Below are positions 10,572-21,732 of a stretch of DNA of 64,000 nt, in pieces. The DNA comes from Spirulina sp. (lineage in GTDB: Bacteria; Cyanobacteriota; Cyanobacteriia; Phormidesmidales; Phormidesmidaceae): contig JBIPSI010000026.1 in the NCBI GenBank assembly GCA_044070495.1, positions 1-64,000 of the forward strand, in the 5' to 3' direction. Position 1 is the first letter of the stretch. Each line of letters starts with the position of its first letter. The translations under genes and the position numbers were made by a program. Below the pieces are notes generated by a model. It was not told the DNA's origin. It saw only the letters and a list, made by a program, of their open reading frames with translations, and ran no database searches.

Positions 10572-10925
10572 ATGCCGACCTGCCCCCGCTGTCAGGCCAC
10601 CCTTGAAGCCACGGCCCTTCAATGTCCCCGGTGCCAGCTTGTGCTCAAGGCCCACGGGCATCCCGGCATTCCCCTCCATCGGGCCGAGATGGGCGATACG
10701 CTTTGCTCCACCTGCCGCTACCATGCCGACGATAGCTGTAATTTTCCCCAGCGGCCCCAGGCCCAAACCTGCACCCTCTACCGTTCCTTGCAGGAGGATG
10801 CCCTGGACGACCTAACCCCCACGCGGCGGGAAGTGATGGGGCGATGGTGGCGTCGTTACCAAGGGCTGGGCTGGGTGCTGGGGCTGGTGTTGATTAGTCT
10901 GGTTGTGGTGCTGCTGCAACGGTAG
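10572..10925 (+). CDS. Zinc-ribbon/Cys-rich protein with C-terminal TM helix
   Basis: CPRC x2, CSTC, further Cys, hydrophobic tail. Confidence 0.8.
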   Translation: MPTCPRCQATLEATALQCPRCQLVLKAHGHPGIPLHRAEMGDTLCSTCRYHADDSCNFPQRPQAQTCTLYRSLQEDALDDLTPTRREVMGRWWRRYQGLGWVLGLVLISLVVVLLQR

Positions 10926-11039
10926 ATCCTGGTGTTGCGGCATCCTATTACAGTTCCGCCATAGTCCTCTCGTTTGGGGCTGGGGTTCGCTAGCCTTGGG
11001 ACAAAATACTGTGCAAAACTCTGTGCCAAGGTCGTCGCT

Positions 11040-12020
11040 ATGACCAATTCCGCTGCTGAGAGTTCCAATCGGGTCTATGCCAAGCCCACGGAGGGGCATA
11101 TCTCCCTGGGGCGAGGGGTGCGCCAGGTCTTGTTTTGGGGGCCGATGATTGTGCTGCTGGCCCTGTTGCTGGCGATTCTGCCGCCGCGAGGGCGGGGGGT
11201 GGGCTTGGCGGGGGGTGGCGTGGTGGCTGTTTTGTGGGCCGTCTTGGTGGGTGGGGTGCGGGTGGCGGCGGAATGGGAGCGGGGCGTGATTTTGCAACTG
11301 GGTAAGCTCCAGGATGTGCGTGGCCCTGGGATTTTCTATGTGGTGCCCGTGCTGGAGGCGGTGCAGTTCATCGACACGCGCACCCTGGTAATTAACATTC
11401 CTCGCCAAAAGGTGATCACCCGCGACAATGTGCCCGCCGAGATTGATAGCGCCCTCTTTTTTCGGGTCAACGATGCCCAAAAGGCGGTGGCCTCGATTCA
11501 GGATTTTCGCTTTGCGGTGTCGCAACATGCCCAAGCCGCCCTGCGCGATGTGGTGGGGGGCTTATCCTTGGATGAACTGCTGTCTGAGCGAGAGCAAATT
11601 CAGCAGCAGATTGGGGCCATTGTGGAAGCCCAGGCGCGGGAATGGGGTCTGCACATCGATGCCATTCGCCTGCAAGACATCGAACTGCCGGAAGATCTGA
11701 AGCGGATGATGTCGCGCCAAGCCTCGGCGGAACGGGAAAAACGGGCTACCATCACCAAGGCCGAAGGGGATCGTCTCGCTGCCCACAGCCTTGCCCAAGC
11801 CGCCGCCATCATGGCCCGCAACCCCATTGCCCTAGAACTTCGTACCCTGCAAAGCATCGACGGCCTAGGGGCCAGCCCCTCGAACACGGTGCTGCTGTTC
11901 CCGGTGCAGATTGCCCAGGCCCTTTCCTCTCTGCAAACCCATCATCCAGGAACCCCCGATTTTGAGGGATCCCCCCCTTCCCCCGCCGACGATGCGCCTT
12001 CGTTGCATCCTCCAGCCTGA
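11040..12020 (+). CDS. SPFH/stomatin (slipin) family protein
   Basis: WERGVILQLGK, ITRDNV, QASAEREKRA, ALELRTLQ; start moved to ATG at 11040. Confidence 0.92.
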   Translation: MTNSAAESSNRVYAKPTEGHISLGRGVRQVLFWGPMIVLLALLLAILPPRGRGVGLAGGGVVAVLWAVLVGGVRVAAEWERGVILQLGKLQDVRGPGIFYVVPVLEAVQFIDTRTLVINIPRQKVITRDNVPAEIDSALFFRVNDAQKAVASIQDFRFAVSQHAQAALRDVVGGLSLDELLSEREQIQQQIGAIVEAQAREWGLHIDAIRLQDIELPEDLKRMMSRQASAEREKRATITKAEGDRLAAHSLAQAAAIMARNPIALELRTLQSIDGLGASPSNTVLLFPVQIAQALSSLQTHHPGTPDFEGSPPSPADDAPSLHPPA

Positions 12021-12206
12021 GGGGTTACCCCCGGGTTAGAAGGATAAGGAACCCTTCCCAACGAGAACCTATTCAACGGCAGGGGAATGGGTTGGGAGGC
12101 TTGGGAGATGGGGTTCGGATTGATCCTGTCAGCCCTAAGCCTTGGGGGGGATGTTGATAGGATTTAGCTATGCTCAGATCTGTCCAGTACTGACACACCC
12201 TACGCC

Positions 12207-14246
12207 ATGGCCAAGCTGAAGAAGAATCTTGCCAAGTTCACCGGATCGGGGTTTGGCCAAGCCAGCCTAGCCCAGGAAATACAGCGGCTAGAAGGCTTGA
12301 TGCGCAAGGAGAAATGGCCAGAGGCGATGCTTCTGGTGGACACCCTGACCCAGCAGTTTCCCCAGTCTAAACAGGTGTGGCAGCACTTGGCCGTTGTCAG
12401 CATGGAACTGGACGACCGGATCAGCCACCAGCGGGCCATGGAAAAACTGACGGCCCTAGCCCCCACCAATGCCGATTATTTCTTCGCCCTAGGGGCAGAC
12501 TGCATGGTCAATATCCATCCGCTGCTGGCGCTGCAATCCTTCCGCCAGGGGGTGGCCCTCAACCCCAACCACGAAATCGCCGCAGAGGCCCAGCGCATCA
12601 TCACCTCCCTAGAGCCGATGATGGAAGAGGCGCTAACCGAGATGGGCTTGACCGAAGCGGACGATCTGGAGATCGCGGTGCTACACGAACGCAGCCAAGC
12701 CTGTGTGGAACGGGGCGACTACGAGGATGCGCGGATGGCTGCCCTAGCGGTGCTGGAGCGACAGCCCAACTTTCTGCCTGCTCAAAATAACCTGTCCCTC
12801 ACGTTTTGGGCCGAGGGGGATGTGGACTCGGCCATCGCCCAAGCCCAAGGCGTGATTGATCAGCAGCCGGATAATATCCACGCCCTGGCCAACCTCGTGC
12901 GGTTCTACACCCTAACCCAGCGCCCCGACCAAGCCCGACCCTACGCGGATCGGATGCGAGTTAGCCATGCCGCCGCCTGGGATGGCTGGACTAAGAAAGC
13001 CGAAGCCCTGACCCTACTCGCCGACGATGAAAGCCTAGTAGCGCTATTTGAGGACTTTTTGGCCCAGGGGGGCGACAATCTGGACGAGACTCCAGCGGTG
13101 GACAGTGATGAGGCTAACCCTGAACAGGAGCCTGACGAGGCTCCCATGCCTCGCCCCAGCCTGATGTTTTATCACTGGGTGGCGGTGGCCCTAGCCCGCA
13201 CCGGGAAAGATAACCAAGCGAAAGCCCTGTGGAAAAAGATTTTGACCCACGATCCTAATCTGGAACTGGCCAAGACCAACCTGGCGGATCTGCGTCGGCC
13301 CGTGGGTCAGCGCCATGGGGCTTGGCCGATCTCCTGGGAACAATGGCTGCTTCCGCCCACTCTGAATGCATTTCGGCAGGTCATTGCTCCGGCGCGGCAG
13401 GCCCGTCAGGGGCAACGTTTGATCTCCGGGTTAGAGCAGTTTCTAGACCACCATCCCAACTTTGTGGCCATGCTGCCGCGCATTGCCGAACGGGGTGGGC
13501 CAGTGGGCCAACAGTTTCTCGTGCTCACCGCCGAGCAGGTGAAACATCCCGGTCTATTGGCGGTACTCAAGGATTTTGCCCTGGGCCAAAACGGCTCCGA
13601 CGAACTGCGCTACAAAGCCGCCACGTTGGTCGCCCAGGCAAGGCTAATCGACAAAGCCAACGTCACCCTGTGGCTCAAGGGGGCCTGGACAACCACCACC
13701 CTGATCGCCTTTGAAATCCACGATGAAAAGCTCTATAACCACAGCAAGCGGGTGGAACGGTGGCTAGGGCAGGCTGTTTCTCTGATGCGACAACGAACCC
13801 CAGCGGCGGCCCAACAGGCCGAAGACCTGCTGCAAAAAGCCATTGCCGCCGAGCCAGAGGCTCCCGATTTGCTCAATAACCTCGCCGCCGCCTACGAATT
13901 GCGAGGGCGTCATCAGGAGTCCAACGCCTTGATTGACCAAATTCACCAGCGTTTCCCTGACTATGTGATGGCCGCCATGGCTAAGGCCAAACGACACATG
14001 GAGGAGGGCGACCTTGATGCAGCGGAGGCTATTTTGAATAGCTTTATGGCCCAGGATCGCTTCCATCTCGGTGAATTCAGCGCCTTTTGTGACACCCAGA
14101 TCGATCTGCTACTGGCCAAAAACAGGCCCGATGGAGCCCGCCAATGGCTGAACATCTGGGAGCAAACCGATCCCGATAGCCCCCGCCTAACGATGGCTCA
14201 GCTCAAGCTAGAAGCCTACTCCGCCAAGCCCAGGTTAGAGCTGTAG
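12207..14246 (+). CDS. Tetratricopeptide repeat protein
   Basis: Repeated TPR-like helical units (PAQNNL, PDNIHALANL, PDLLNNLA). Confidence 0.82.
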   Translation: MAKLKKNLAKFTGSGFGQASLAQEIQRLEGLMRKEKWPEAMLLVDTLTQQFPQSKQVWQHLAVVSMELDDRISHQRAMEKLTALAPTNADYFFALGADCMVNIHPLLALQSFRQGVALNPNHEIAAEAQRIITSLEPMMEEALTEMGLTEADDLEIAVLHERSQACVERGDYEDARMAALAVLERQPNFLPAQNNLSLTFWAEGDVDSAIAQAQGVIDQQPDNIHALANLVRFYTLTQRPDQARPYADRMRVSHAAAWDGWTKKAEALTLLADDESLVALFEDFLAQGGDNLDETPAVDSDEANPEQEPDEAPMPRPSLMFYHWVAVALARTGKDNQAKALWKKILTHDPNLELAKTNLADLRRPVGQRHGAWPISWEQWLLPPTLNAFRQVIAPARQARQGQRLISGLEQFLDHHPNFVAMLPRIAERGGPVGQQFLVLTAEQVKHPGLLAVLKDFALGQNGSDELRYKAATLVAQARLIDKANVTLWLKGAWTTTTLIAFEIHDEKLYNHSKRVERWLGQAVSLMRQRTPAAAQQAEDLLQKAIAAEPEAPDLLNNLAAAYELRGRHQESNALIDQIHQRFPDYVMAAMAKAKRHMEEGDLDAAEAILNSFMAQDRFHLGEFSAFCDTQIDLLLAKNRPDGARQWLNIWEQTDPDSPRLTMAQLKLEAYSAKPRLEL

Positions 14247-14280
14247 CCCCTAGACTGAGCGGAGCACCTAGACCCCGTCG

Positions 14281-17229
14281 TTACTCGCTGTCGCCGTAGG
14301 CTTCCATGCCAATGCAGGAGCACACCAGGTTGCGATCCCCGTAGGCTTGGTCAATCCGGTTCACGGCAGGCCAGAATTTGGCGTTGCGGCAGAATTCCGT
14401 CGGGAATACCGCTTGCTGACGGCTGTAGGGACGATCCCAGTCAGACACCAGATCCGCCGCCGTGTGGGGGGCGTTTTTCAGCAGGTTATTGTCCCGATCC
14501 GATTCCCCGGTTTCGATGGCCCGAATCTCCTCACGGATGGCGATCATCGCGTCACAAAACCGATCCAGTTCGGCCTTGGATTCGCTTTCTGTGGGTTCCA
14601 CCATCAGCGTCCCCGCCACGGGCCAGGACATGGTGGGGGGATGGAAGCCGTAGTCAATCAGGCGCTTAGCTACGTCCTCCACGCCAATGTCGGCGGACTT
14701 TTTGAAGGGGCGCACATCCAGAATGCACTCGTGGGCAACGCGACCATTCTGCCCCGTATAGAGAATGTCGTAGTGGCCCTCTAGGCGCTTGGCGATGTAG
14801 TTGGCGTTGAGGATGGCGACCTCGGTAGCCCGTTTCAGGCCCAGCGGCCCCATCATGGCAATGTACATCCAAGAAATCGGCAAAATGCTAGCGCTGCCCC
14901 AGGGCGCAGAGGTCACCGCCCCAATCCCCTGTTCACCGCCGACCCCATGCACCAGGCTATGTCCCGGCAGATAGGGCACTAGGTGGGCCTTGACCCCAAT
15001 CGGGCCAACCCCTGGGCCACCGCCGCCGTGGGGGATACAGAAGGTTTTGTGCAGGTTGAGGTGGCACACATCCGCGCCAAAATCCGCCGGACGGCAGAGG
15101 CCCACCTGGGCGTTCATATTGGCCCCATCCATATAGACTTGGCCACCGTGGCTGTGGATAATCTCGCAAATGCGGGCAATTTCCGCCTCAAATACGCCGT
15201 GGGTGGAGGGATAGGTCACCATCAGCGCCGCTAGGTTATCGCTGTGCTTCGTTGCTTTGGCCTCCAGGTCGGCGACATCGATGTTGCCCTCCTCATCGCA
15301 GGCCACAGGCACAACCTTCATCCCCGCCATCACCGCACTGGCCGGGTTGGTGCCGTGGGCCGATTGGGGAATCAAACACACATTCCGGTGGGTATCCCCC
15401 CGCTGTTGGTGGTATTCGCGAATCACCAGCAGTCCGGTGTATTCGCCCTGCGCTCCGGCGTTGGGTTGCAGAGACACGCCATCAAATCCGGTGATCTCCG
15501 ACAGCCAGGTTTCCAAATCCGTGAACAACTGCCGATAGCCCTGGGCCTGTTCCACCGGGGCAAAGGGATGAATTTGGCCAAAATCTGGCCAGGTAACGGG
15601 GATCATCTCCGCCGTGGCGTTCAACTTCATGGTGCAAGACCCTAAGGGAATCATCGCCGTCGCCAGGGAGAGATCCTTGGCTTGCAGACGATGCAGGTAC
15701 CGCAGCATCTCGGTTTCGCTGTGGTAGCGGTTGAAGGTGGGGTGGGTGAGGTAGGGGCTGGTGCGGGAGTGGGGGGTGGGGAGTGGGGTGGTGGGGTGGT
15801 GGGGGGGTGGGGGGGTGGGGTGGGTTCCGGTAAAGACGGTGATGAGGTCTTGGAGATCCTGATCGGTGACGGTTTCATCGAGGGCGATGATTAGGGTTTC
15901 GCTATCCACCCCACGCAGGTTGATGCGGTGGGCGGTGGCGCGTTGCAGAATGGCGGCTTGGTGAGAGCCAACGGTGACGCGCAGGGTGTCGAAATAGGGT
16001 TCGTGGCCGAGGGTGAATCCGGCTGCGGTCAGGGCTTGGGCTAGGGTTTGGGTTTGCTGATGGATGCGGTGGGCGATGGCCTTCAGTCCCTCCGGCCCGT
16101 GGTAGACCGCATACATACTGGCCATGATCGCTAGCAAGACCTGGGCGGTGCAGATGTTGCTGGTGGCGGCATCGCGGCGGATGTGTTGCTCGCGGGTTTG
16201 CAGGGCGAGGCGCAGGGCCGGGGCACCGTAGCTGTCTTTAGAAACGCCCACCAAACGACCGGGCAGCTTGCGGGCAAAGGTATTGCGGGTGGCAAAAAAG
16301 GCAGCATGGGGGCCACCATAGCCCAGGGGCACACCAAAACGCTGGCTGTTGCCGACCACAATATCCGCCCCAAATTCCCCAGGGGGACGCAGTAGGGTGA
16401 GGCTGAGCAGGTCGGCGGCGACGGTGGCTAGGGCATTGACGCCGTGGGCCTGGGCGATGAATGCTTCGTAGTCGTAGATGGCCCCATCGGTGGCGGGGTA
16501 TTGCAGCAGTACGCCAAAGACGGGGGTGGCAAAGTCGAAGGTTCGATGATCCCCAACGACCACATCAATGCCCAAGGGAATGGCGCGGGTTCTCACCACA
16601 TCAATGGTTTGGGGGTGGCATGCTTCGGATACCCAGAAGGTCGTCGCGTCCTTTTTCTTACGGGCGTTAAAGGCCAGGGTCATCGCTTCCGCCGCCGCCG
16701 TGCCCTCATCCAGCAGGGAGGCATTGGCGATTTCCATCCCGGTCAAGTCGGTGATCAGGGTTTGGTAGTTCAGCAGCGCCTCTAGGCGACCCTGGGAAAT
16801 CTCCGGCTGGTAGGGGGTGTATTGGGTATACCAACCGGGATTTTCGAGCACGTTGCGCTGAATGATGCCGGGGGTGAGGGTGTTGGCATAGCCCAGGCCC
16901 AGGTACGACCGCCACACCTGGTTCTGGCTGGACAGGGTTTTCAGTTTGGCCAAGGCCGCTGCCTCATCCAAGCCCTTGGGCAAATCGAGATCCTGCTGAA
17001 GCCGAATCGCCGCCGGAACCGTCGCTTCAATCAATTCCTCCAGGGAGCCGTAGCCCAAGGCCGCCAGCATCGTCGCCTGTTCCGCCGCCGTTGACCCCAG
17101 GTGCCGCGCCACAAAGGGGCTGAGGGGTTTCTCCAGGCTAGGCATGGCTTGACCATTCGTCGCCTTGGCCCAATCAGTTGGAACAGATAAAGGAGAAACG
17201 GTGCTCGGTTCAGAGAAGGCTTGCGTCAT
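14281..17229 (-). CDS. gcvP: Glycine dehydrogenase (decarboxylating), P protein
   Basis: [35 protein letters not shown] lysine, GDRNLVCSC. Confidence 0.98.
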   Translation of the reverse strand: MTQAFSEPSTVSPLSVPTDWAKATNGQAMPSLEKPLSPFVARHLGSTAAEQATMLAALGYGSLEELIEATVPAAIRLQQDLDLPKGLDEAAALAKLKTLSSQNQVWRSYLGLGYANTLTPGIIQRNVLENPGWYTQYTPYQPEISQGRLEALLNYQTLITDLTGMEIANASLLDEGTAAAEAMTLAFNARKKKDATTFWVSEACHPQTIDVVRTRAIPLGIDVVVGDHRTFDFATPVFGVLLQYPATDGAIYDYEAFIAQAHGVNALATVAADLLSLTLLRPPGEFGADIVVGNSQRFGVPLGYGGPHAAFFATRNTFARKLPGRLVGVSKDSYGAPALRLALQTREQHIRRDAATSNICTAQVLLAIMASMYAVYHGPEGLKAIAHRIHQQTQTLAQALTAAGFTLGHEPYFDTLRVTVGSHQAAILQRATAHRINLRGVDSETLIIALDETVTDQDLQDLITVFTGTHPTPPPPHHPTTPLPTPHSRTSPYLTHPTFNRYHSETEMLRYLHRLQAKDLSLATAMIPLGSCTMKLNATAEMIPVTWPDFGQIHPFAPVEQAQGYRQLFTDLETWLSEITGFDGVSLQPNAGAQGEYTGLLVIREYHQQRGDTHRNVCLIPQSAHGTNPASAVMAGMKVVPVACDEEGNIDVADLEAKATKHSDNLAALMVTYPSTHGVFEAEIARICEIIHSHGGQVYMDGANMNAQVGLCRPADFGADVCHLNLHKTFCIPHGGGGPGVGPIGVKAHLVPYLPGHSLVHGVGGEQGIGAVTSAPWGSASILPISWMYIAMMGPLGLKRATEVAILNANYIAKRLEGHYDILYTGQNGRVAHECILDVRPFKKSADIGVEDVAKRLIDYGFHPPTMSWPVAGTLMVEPTESESKAELDRFCDAMIAIREEIRAIETGESDRDNNLLKNAPHTAADLVSDWDRPYSRQQAVFPTEFCRNAKFWPAVNRIDQAYGDRNLVCSCIGMEAYGDSE

Positions 17230-17439
17230 ACCCGTTGCGACTCGCTTGTAAATAAACTATCCAGGCTGGAATAGCGCCCATCCTAGCGCCTTTGGCAACC
17301 TAGTTGTTTATATTTTGAAACAAACCCGCCTGTTTTGGAAACGAGCAACCGTTGATAGCGACATTTCGATGGCGATGTTCAGATCAGCAACCAAGGCTAC
17401 GGCCAGGTTCCATGCCGCCGATTGAACTGAGTAAACTAA

Positions 17440-17570
17440 GAGGACGTTTGAAAAGCTGAAGCATGTCCCAAGTTATACCGATGAGGTCAGCCTCAGTCGT
17501 CAAAAATCCCGTAGATTTGCACCGATCTAGCGACCAACCGCACCTGAAGCAACCCTTTTCAAACGCCCTC
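17440..17570. mobile_element. 131-bp MITE with 16-bp terminal inverted repeats and TAA direct repeats
   Basis: TAA|GAGGACGTTTGAAAAG ... CTTTTCAAACGCCCTC|TAA, one mismatch between ends. Confidence 0.8.
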
Positions 17571-17819
17571 TAAGCTAGGTTAATTGAATTGACCAACTTG
17601 AATGATATCGATTAAATCCCTTGGCTAATGCGCTTTAAAATTTTTGGATAGTTTTCCAGTCCCCTAGGACATCGCGCCCAGAAAAAATGTGGGATAAACA
17701 TGGCAGATTTTTTGAGTTTTTGAAAACGGCATTTTTAGCTCGTCAAGCTTTTTAGAAGCACCTTAAACTCCAGCAGGACTACGCTGGAGTCTGCTGTCTG
17801 ACTGCCCTCACAATTCAAT

Positions 17820-18146
17820 CTAGCGTAACCGCACCGCTGTGCCGCTGGCGGCGACCATCAGCATGGTGCCCCCGTTGTCGATGGAGATAGATTCGTAGTC
17901 GATGTCTACGGCGATGATGGCATCAGCTCCAAGGGATTGTGCGGCCTGGATCATTTCTTTAATCGCCATTTCACGGGCCTGACGAAGGGATTTTTCGTAG
18001 GCCCCAGAACGGCCCCCAACCACGTCGCGAATGCCTGCAAAAAAGTCTTTGAAAATGTTAGCGCCTAAAATAGCTTCGCCGTTGACGACACCACAGTACT
18101 GAATCACCTGACGACCGTCAACATTGGGGCCTGTGGTTACAATCAT
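17820..18146 (-). CDS. YbjQ/UPF0145 family protein
   Basis: [28 protein letters not shown]; start moved to ATG at 18146. Confidence 0.92.
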   Translation of the reverse strand: MIVTTGPNVDGRQVIQYCGVVNGEAILGANIFKDFFAGIRDVVGGRSGAYEKSLRQAREMAIKEMIQAAQSLGADAIIAVDIDYESISIDNGGTMLMVAASGTAVRLR

Positions 18147-18260
18147 ACTACCTACTCTCCTGTAAATCTTAGTTCGTGGGCGGCGAACCTTGCCTAGATC
18201 CAATATAGCCTCTGGGGTTGGCTTGATAGAGTTGGCTTGGCCGATGGGAACAATGCTGCC

Positions 18261-18626
18261 CTAAATCCACTCGAGTTCTAATGCAGGCATCAGGCGCTGT
18301 AGATTCCTGAGGGATCGCTTTTGCCAGATAATAGTCTCCGAGCCTTTTAACATTAAGGTCGTTTCAGATTGGGCACGAGCTTTAATGACAAAGCGCGAGA
18401 GAATACTAATACCAGAACTATTGAGAAACTCAAGCTGACCTAGGTTTAATATTAGTTTAGATGGAGCACTATCTAAAGCTGCATTAAGCAGATTGATGAC
18501 TGACTTAAAGTCTTCAATACTAGGCAAGCTAAGTGATCCCTCAAAGAATATTGTTGAGGTCGAGGCATCGTAGCGAACGACATATTCTTCGCCATGAATA
18601 TCCTGAAGGTTCGCTTGAGTTTCCAT
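18261..18626 (-). CDS. STAS-like/SiaC-like phospho-acceptor protein (Slr1659-like)
   Basis: LNLGQLEFLNSSGISIL anti-anti-sigma-type motif; WQKRSLRNLQRLMP tail. Confidence 0.8.
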   Translation of the reverse strand: METQANLQDIHGEEYVVRYDASTSTIFFEGSLSLPSIEDFKSVINLLNAALDSAPSKLILNLGQLEFLNSSGISILSRFVIKARAQSETTLMLKGSETIIWQKRSLRNLQRLMPALELEWI

Positions 18627-18687
18627 ACAATTGCCAATGTCTATTTAACTGAAATTTTCCTGACCTAAGATTGTCTTAAGGGGTGAT

Positions 18688-19278
18688 CTAAATTTGAAGC
18701 TGTACTTTCGTAGTCACGCTGACCCCCAGGCCCTCAATGGGGCATAACTGCCAGCCTACTTGCGCCGCGTAATCATTAACAATAGTGAGAATGCCGAGGC
18801 CAGAACCCTGGGAATTCTCATCCTGCGCTTGTTGTTCAATCTGCTGAATATAAAGTTCACTGGGATCACAAGACAGCAGGGTTTGAATAAATTCTCGGAG
18901 CTGACCTTCGGTGGTGGCATCAACCTGATTTTTAGTCAAAAAGACTAGCTTGTCAGGATACAGTTGTAGAGTGAGCATGACAGCCTCCGTGGAGGATGAA
19001 TTGCTGAATTTCATAGCATTTTCTAGCAGTTCATTGGCGATAAAGGTAATGATGCCCATGAGTTCAGACTTGGGATCGTTCATGCCAGCCGGATGGCCTT
19101 CACCGGGGAAAAAGGTTGAGAAATAATCTGCCAAAAAATTGGCTGATAGTCGATTGGTGCGCCAGCGCTCTCGCAGGGGGATAGAACTAGGAGAAAAAAC
19201 AATGCTCAAATACTCGCGGCTGACGATAGCTTCGTCTTGAAAATCACCAAAGGTTTGAACTGTTAATGTCTGACTCAT
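18688..19278 (-). CDS. HATPase-fold anti-sigma/SiaB-like kinase (Slr1658-like)
   Basis: NELLENAMKF N-box and GSGLGILT G-box, no HisKA domain; start moved to ATG at 19278. Confidence 0.8.
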   Translation of the reverse strand: MSQTLTVQTFGDFQDEAIVSREYLSIVFSPSSIPLRERWRTNRLSANFLADYFSTFFPGEGHPAGMNDPKSELMGIITFIANELLENAMKFSNSSSTEAVMLTLQLYPDKLVFLTKNQVDATTEGQLREFIQTLLSCDPSELYIQQIEQQAQDENSQGSGLGILTIVNDYAAQVGWQLCPIEGLGVSVTTKVQLQI

Positions 19279-19297
19279 ACGCGGTTCCACAAGTTTA

Positions 19298-21433
19298 TTA
19301 TTTTTGCTTAAGCACAACTAGCGTAAGGTCATCACGCAGGGCTTGGTCTCCAATGTACTGGTGAACATCGGCAATGACGGCTTTCCGAATGTCGCTGGAA
19401 GATTGTTTGAGATGATCTTTAACAATCTTTAATAGCCGCTCTATTCCATACTGCTGCTTGTGAATATTGATAGCCTCCGTAATACCATCGGTGTATAGGA
19501 CTACAATATCACCGGGAGCTAGGTGAATCTGCATTGAATGAATGAAAGGCTGAATATTCTCCTCCAAGGCTAGGGGAAAGCCTAGATCAAAGGTATCAAT
19601 CTGCTCAATTTCGCCATTGGATCGCACGACAATCACATCTTCATGTTGTCCGCTTAACCGTAGCTTGCCGTCTGCATAATCCAGCAGCATCAGGGTTAGG
19701 TTTTTGGCAGACTTCATCCGTTGGATATTGTCATGAAGGGTACGGTTCAAGGTGTCAAAAAACTTAACCGGATCGGATTCATCATGGGTTTGCAGGGTAC
19801 GGACGGCGGTTTGGGTCATCAGCATCACTAGGCCACTCTCCAGCCCGTGCCCTGTTACGTCGCCGATACCAATTTTGATTTTGCCGTTGTGACGTAGCAC
19901 ATCGTAGTAGTCGCCCCCAACTTCATCGGCGGGCTGCATAAATCCGGCAATGTCGAGTTCACTAATTTGGGCCAGTTCCTTCTCCCGTGGCAAAATCATT
20001 TTCTGAATTTGTTTAGCCACCGCGAGTTCTGCCCCCATACGCAGATTTTCAGATTGCAACTGCTGGTTAAGGGCAATAATTTTATCGTTGGCCGCCTGAA
20101 GCTCTCCCGTGCGTTCTTCTACGCGCTGCTCCAGTTCTTTATTGGCAGTTTCTAGGGCCGTAAACGCTTGCCGAAGCTGTTGGGCCATTCGGTTAAAAGA
20201 CTGAGCTAAGCCATCGAGTTCACCGATATTTTGATGATCAATGTGCTGATCAAGCTGACCATCGGCAATGGCTTGGGAGGCTTGGTTAATCTGTAAAATG
20301 GGTTTTGAAATGCGATGGGCTGTGAATAGTCCTAGGGCCGTTGCTAAACCCAAAGCACCCAAGCTTAGCAAAATCGTATTGCGGGTATTAGCATTAATTT
20401 GAGCCATGAAGTCGCTTTCGGGCACCGCCACCACGATTAACCAATCCAGCCCTCGCTGATCTTGAAAGGGCGCAACTTGTACAAACTCTCGCTGGCCATC
20501 CACCACAAAACTAAGCTGCTGTACCGATTGAATGTCGTCGAGATCGCCAAAGTAATCCAACAGAAATCGGGCGGTGTTGCGGACTAATGGATTTTGGCTT
20601 TCGGTGGCGGCAATGCGTTCCGTGGCTTCTCCTTCTCCGCGAAGCAGCGCTTCTTCTTGGGCCGTGGAACTAGAGACTAGCAGCCCCGAACGCTCGATCA
20701 CAAAGGTTTCGCCCGACTCCCCTACCTGCAACCGACCGAGAAATTGATCCATCTCAACAGAGAGCAGAAAATCTGTAGCACAGACACCTTTTAACACGCC
20801 CGTAGCATCATAAATGGGCTGACTAGCGGTGATCACGGGAACTAGGGCATCAAAATCAAGATAAATATCGCTCCAGGTAGCGGTTTTAGCGACCTTTGCC
20901 GCTTCGTACCAAGGACGTAATCGGGGATCGTAGGGCTTTTGGCCAATTTCGTGAATAGGGCCAATGTTGCCTTCTTCGTCCAATCGCTGATAATGCATCA
21001 GATAGTTTGTCGCTGGACTGCTGTGCTGCAACTGCAAGGCTAGGGTAGCATCGTTAGCGCGACCCACGCTTAAAAATGTGCCATCGACCTCGCCACCGCA
21101 ATAGACTAAATTGGTGGTAGGAAAGGTCTTAGACTGCTGCCAGAAGGGATAGGAATCTTCAAGCTGCGTGAGAATAATTTCGCCACGGCCAAAGGAGGCG
21201 GAATTGATTTGGTTAATGAGAAAGGGAACCTCAATATAGTCTCTGAGTTGTTGTTCAATGCGGGCCGTTAGCTCATTTCGGAGTTGAGCCGCGACATCAT
21301 TGACGGCACGGTTGCCATTGCGAAAGGAAAGATACCCCACCAGGCCAACCGCACCCACAATTTGCAGCACGAAGGGAATAATAAGCAGCAATCTAAGGGA
21401 AATACTGCGGCTTGACTGGCGTTTTTGCGACAT
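19298..21433 (-). CDS. Membrane sensor PP2C/SpoIIE phosphatase (TM-dCache-TM-HAMP-PP2C)
   Basis: YDPRLRPWY Cache motif, ELDGLAQSFNRM HAMP, EVGGDYYD, GDVTGHG, YTDGITE, DDLTL; start moved to 21433. Confidence 0.93.
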   Translation of the reverse strand: MSQKRQSSRSISLRLLLIIPFVLQIVGAVGLVGYLSFRNGNRAVNDVAAQLRNELTARIEQQLRDYIEVPFLINQINSASFGRGEIILTQLEDSYPFWQQSKTFPTTNLVYCGGEVDGTFLSVGRANDATLALQLQHSSPATNYLMHYQRLDEEGNIGPIHEIGQKPYDPRLRPWYEAAKVAKTATWSDIYLDFDALVPVITASQPIYDATGVLKGVCATDFLLSVEMDQFLGRLQVGESGETFVIERSGLLVSSSTAQEEALLRGEGEATERIAATESQNPLVRNTARFLLDYFGDLDDIQSVQQLSFVVDGQREFVQVAPFQDQRGLDWLIVVAVPESDFMAQINANTRNTILLSLGALGLATALGLFTAHRISKPILQINQASQAIADGQLDQHIDHQNIGELDGLAQSFNRMAQQLRQAFTALETANKELEQRVEERTGELQAANDKIIALNQQLQSENLRMGAELAVAKQIQKMILPREKELAQISELDIAGFMQPADEVGGDYYDVLRHNGKIKIGIGDVTGHGLESGLVMLMTQTAVRTLQTHDESDPVKFFDTLNRTLHDNIQRMKSAKNLTLMLLDYADGKLRLSGQHEDVIVVRSNGEIEQIDTFDLGFPLALEENIQPFIHSMQIHLAPGDIVVLYTDGITEAINIHKQQYGIERLLKIVKDHLKQSSSDIRKAVIADVHQYIGDQALRDDLTLVVLKQK

Positions 21434-21732
21434 AGAAATGGCGAGGCTGGGGTAAGACTCTCTCAAGGGGGGAGAGATAGGATTCAAGTAAGAAGAATTT
21501 TTCTGCCTAGGGCAGACTGGGGCGGGTGATCCCTATTTTAGGGCATTTCCCAGACAAACACGACTATTCTACCCTGTGCCCTGGGTCGTGGGGGATCGCT
21601 GGGAAGTATGGCCAGGGGCCGTTTAGAGCCGGGGAAGGGTGCAAGGTTAGAGACTGTCGGTGTATGCTGAAACTATGGCATCAGGCCGACCTAACCTTGT
21701 CCTCAAAATTTTCCTATTTCCCGACTCAACCT

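Noticed and set aside
17230..17440. Glycine riboswitch upstream of gcvP
   Set aside because: No recognisable GGAGA...CCGAAG...CTCTCAGG aptamer pattern on the minus strand
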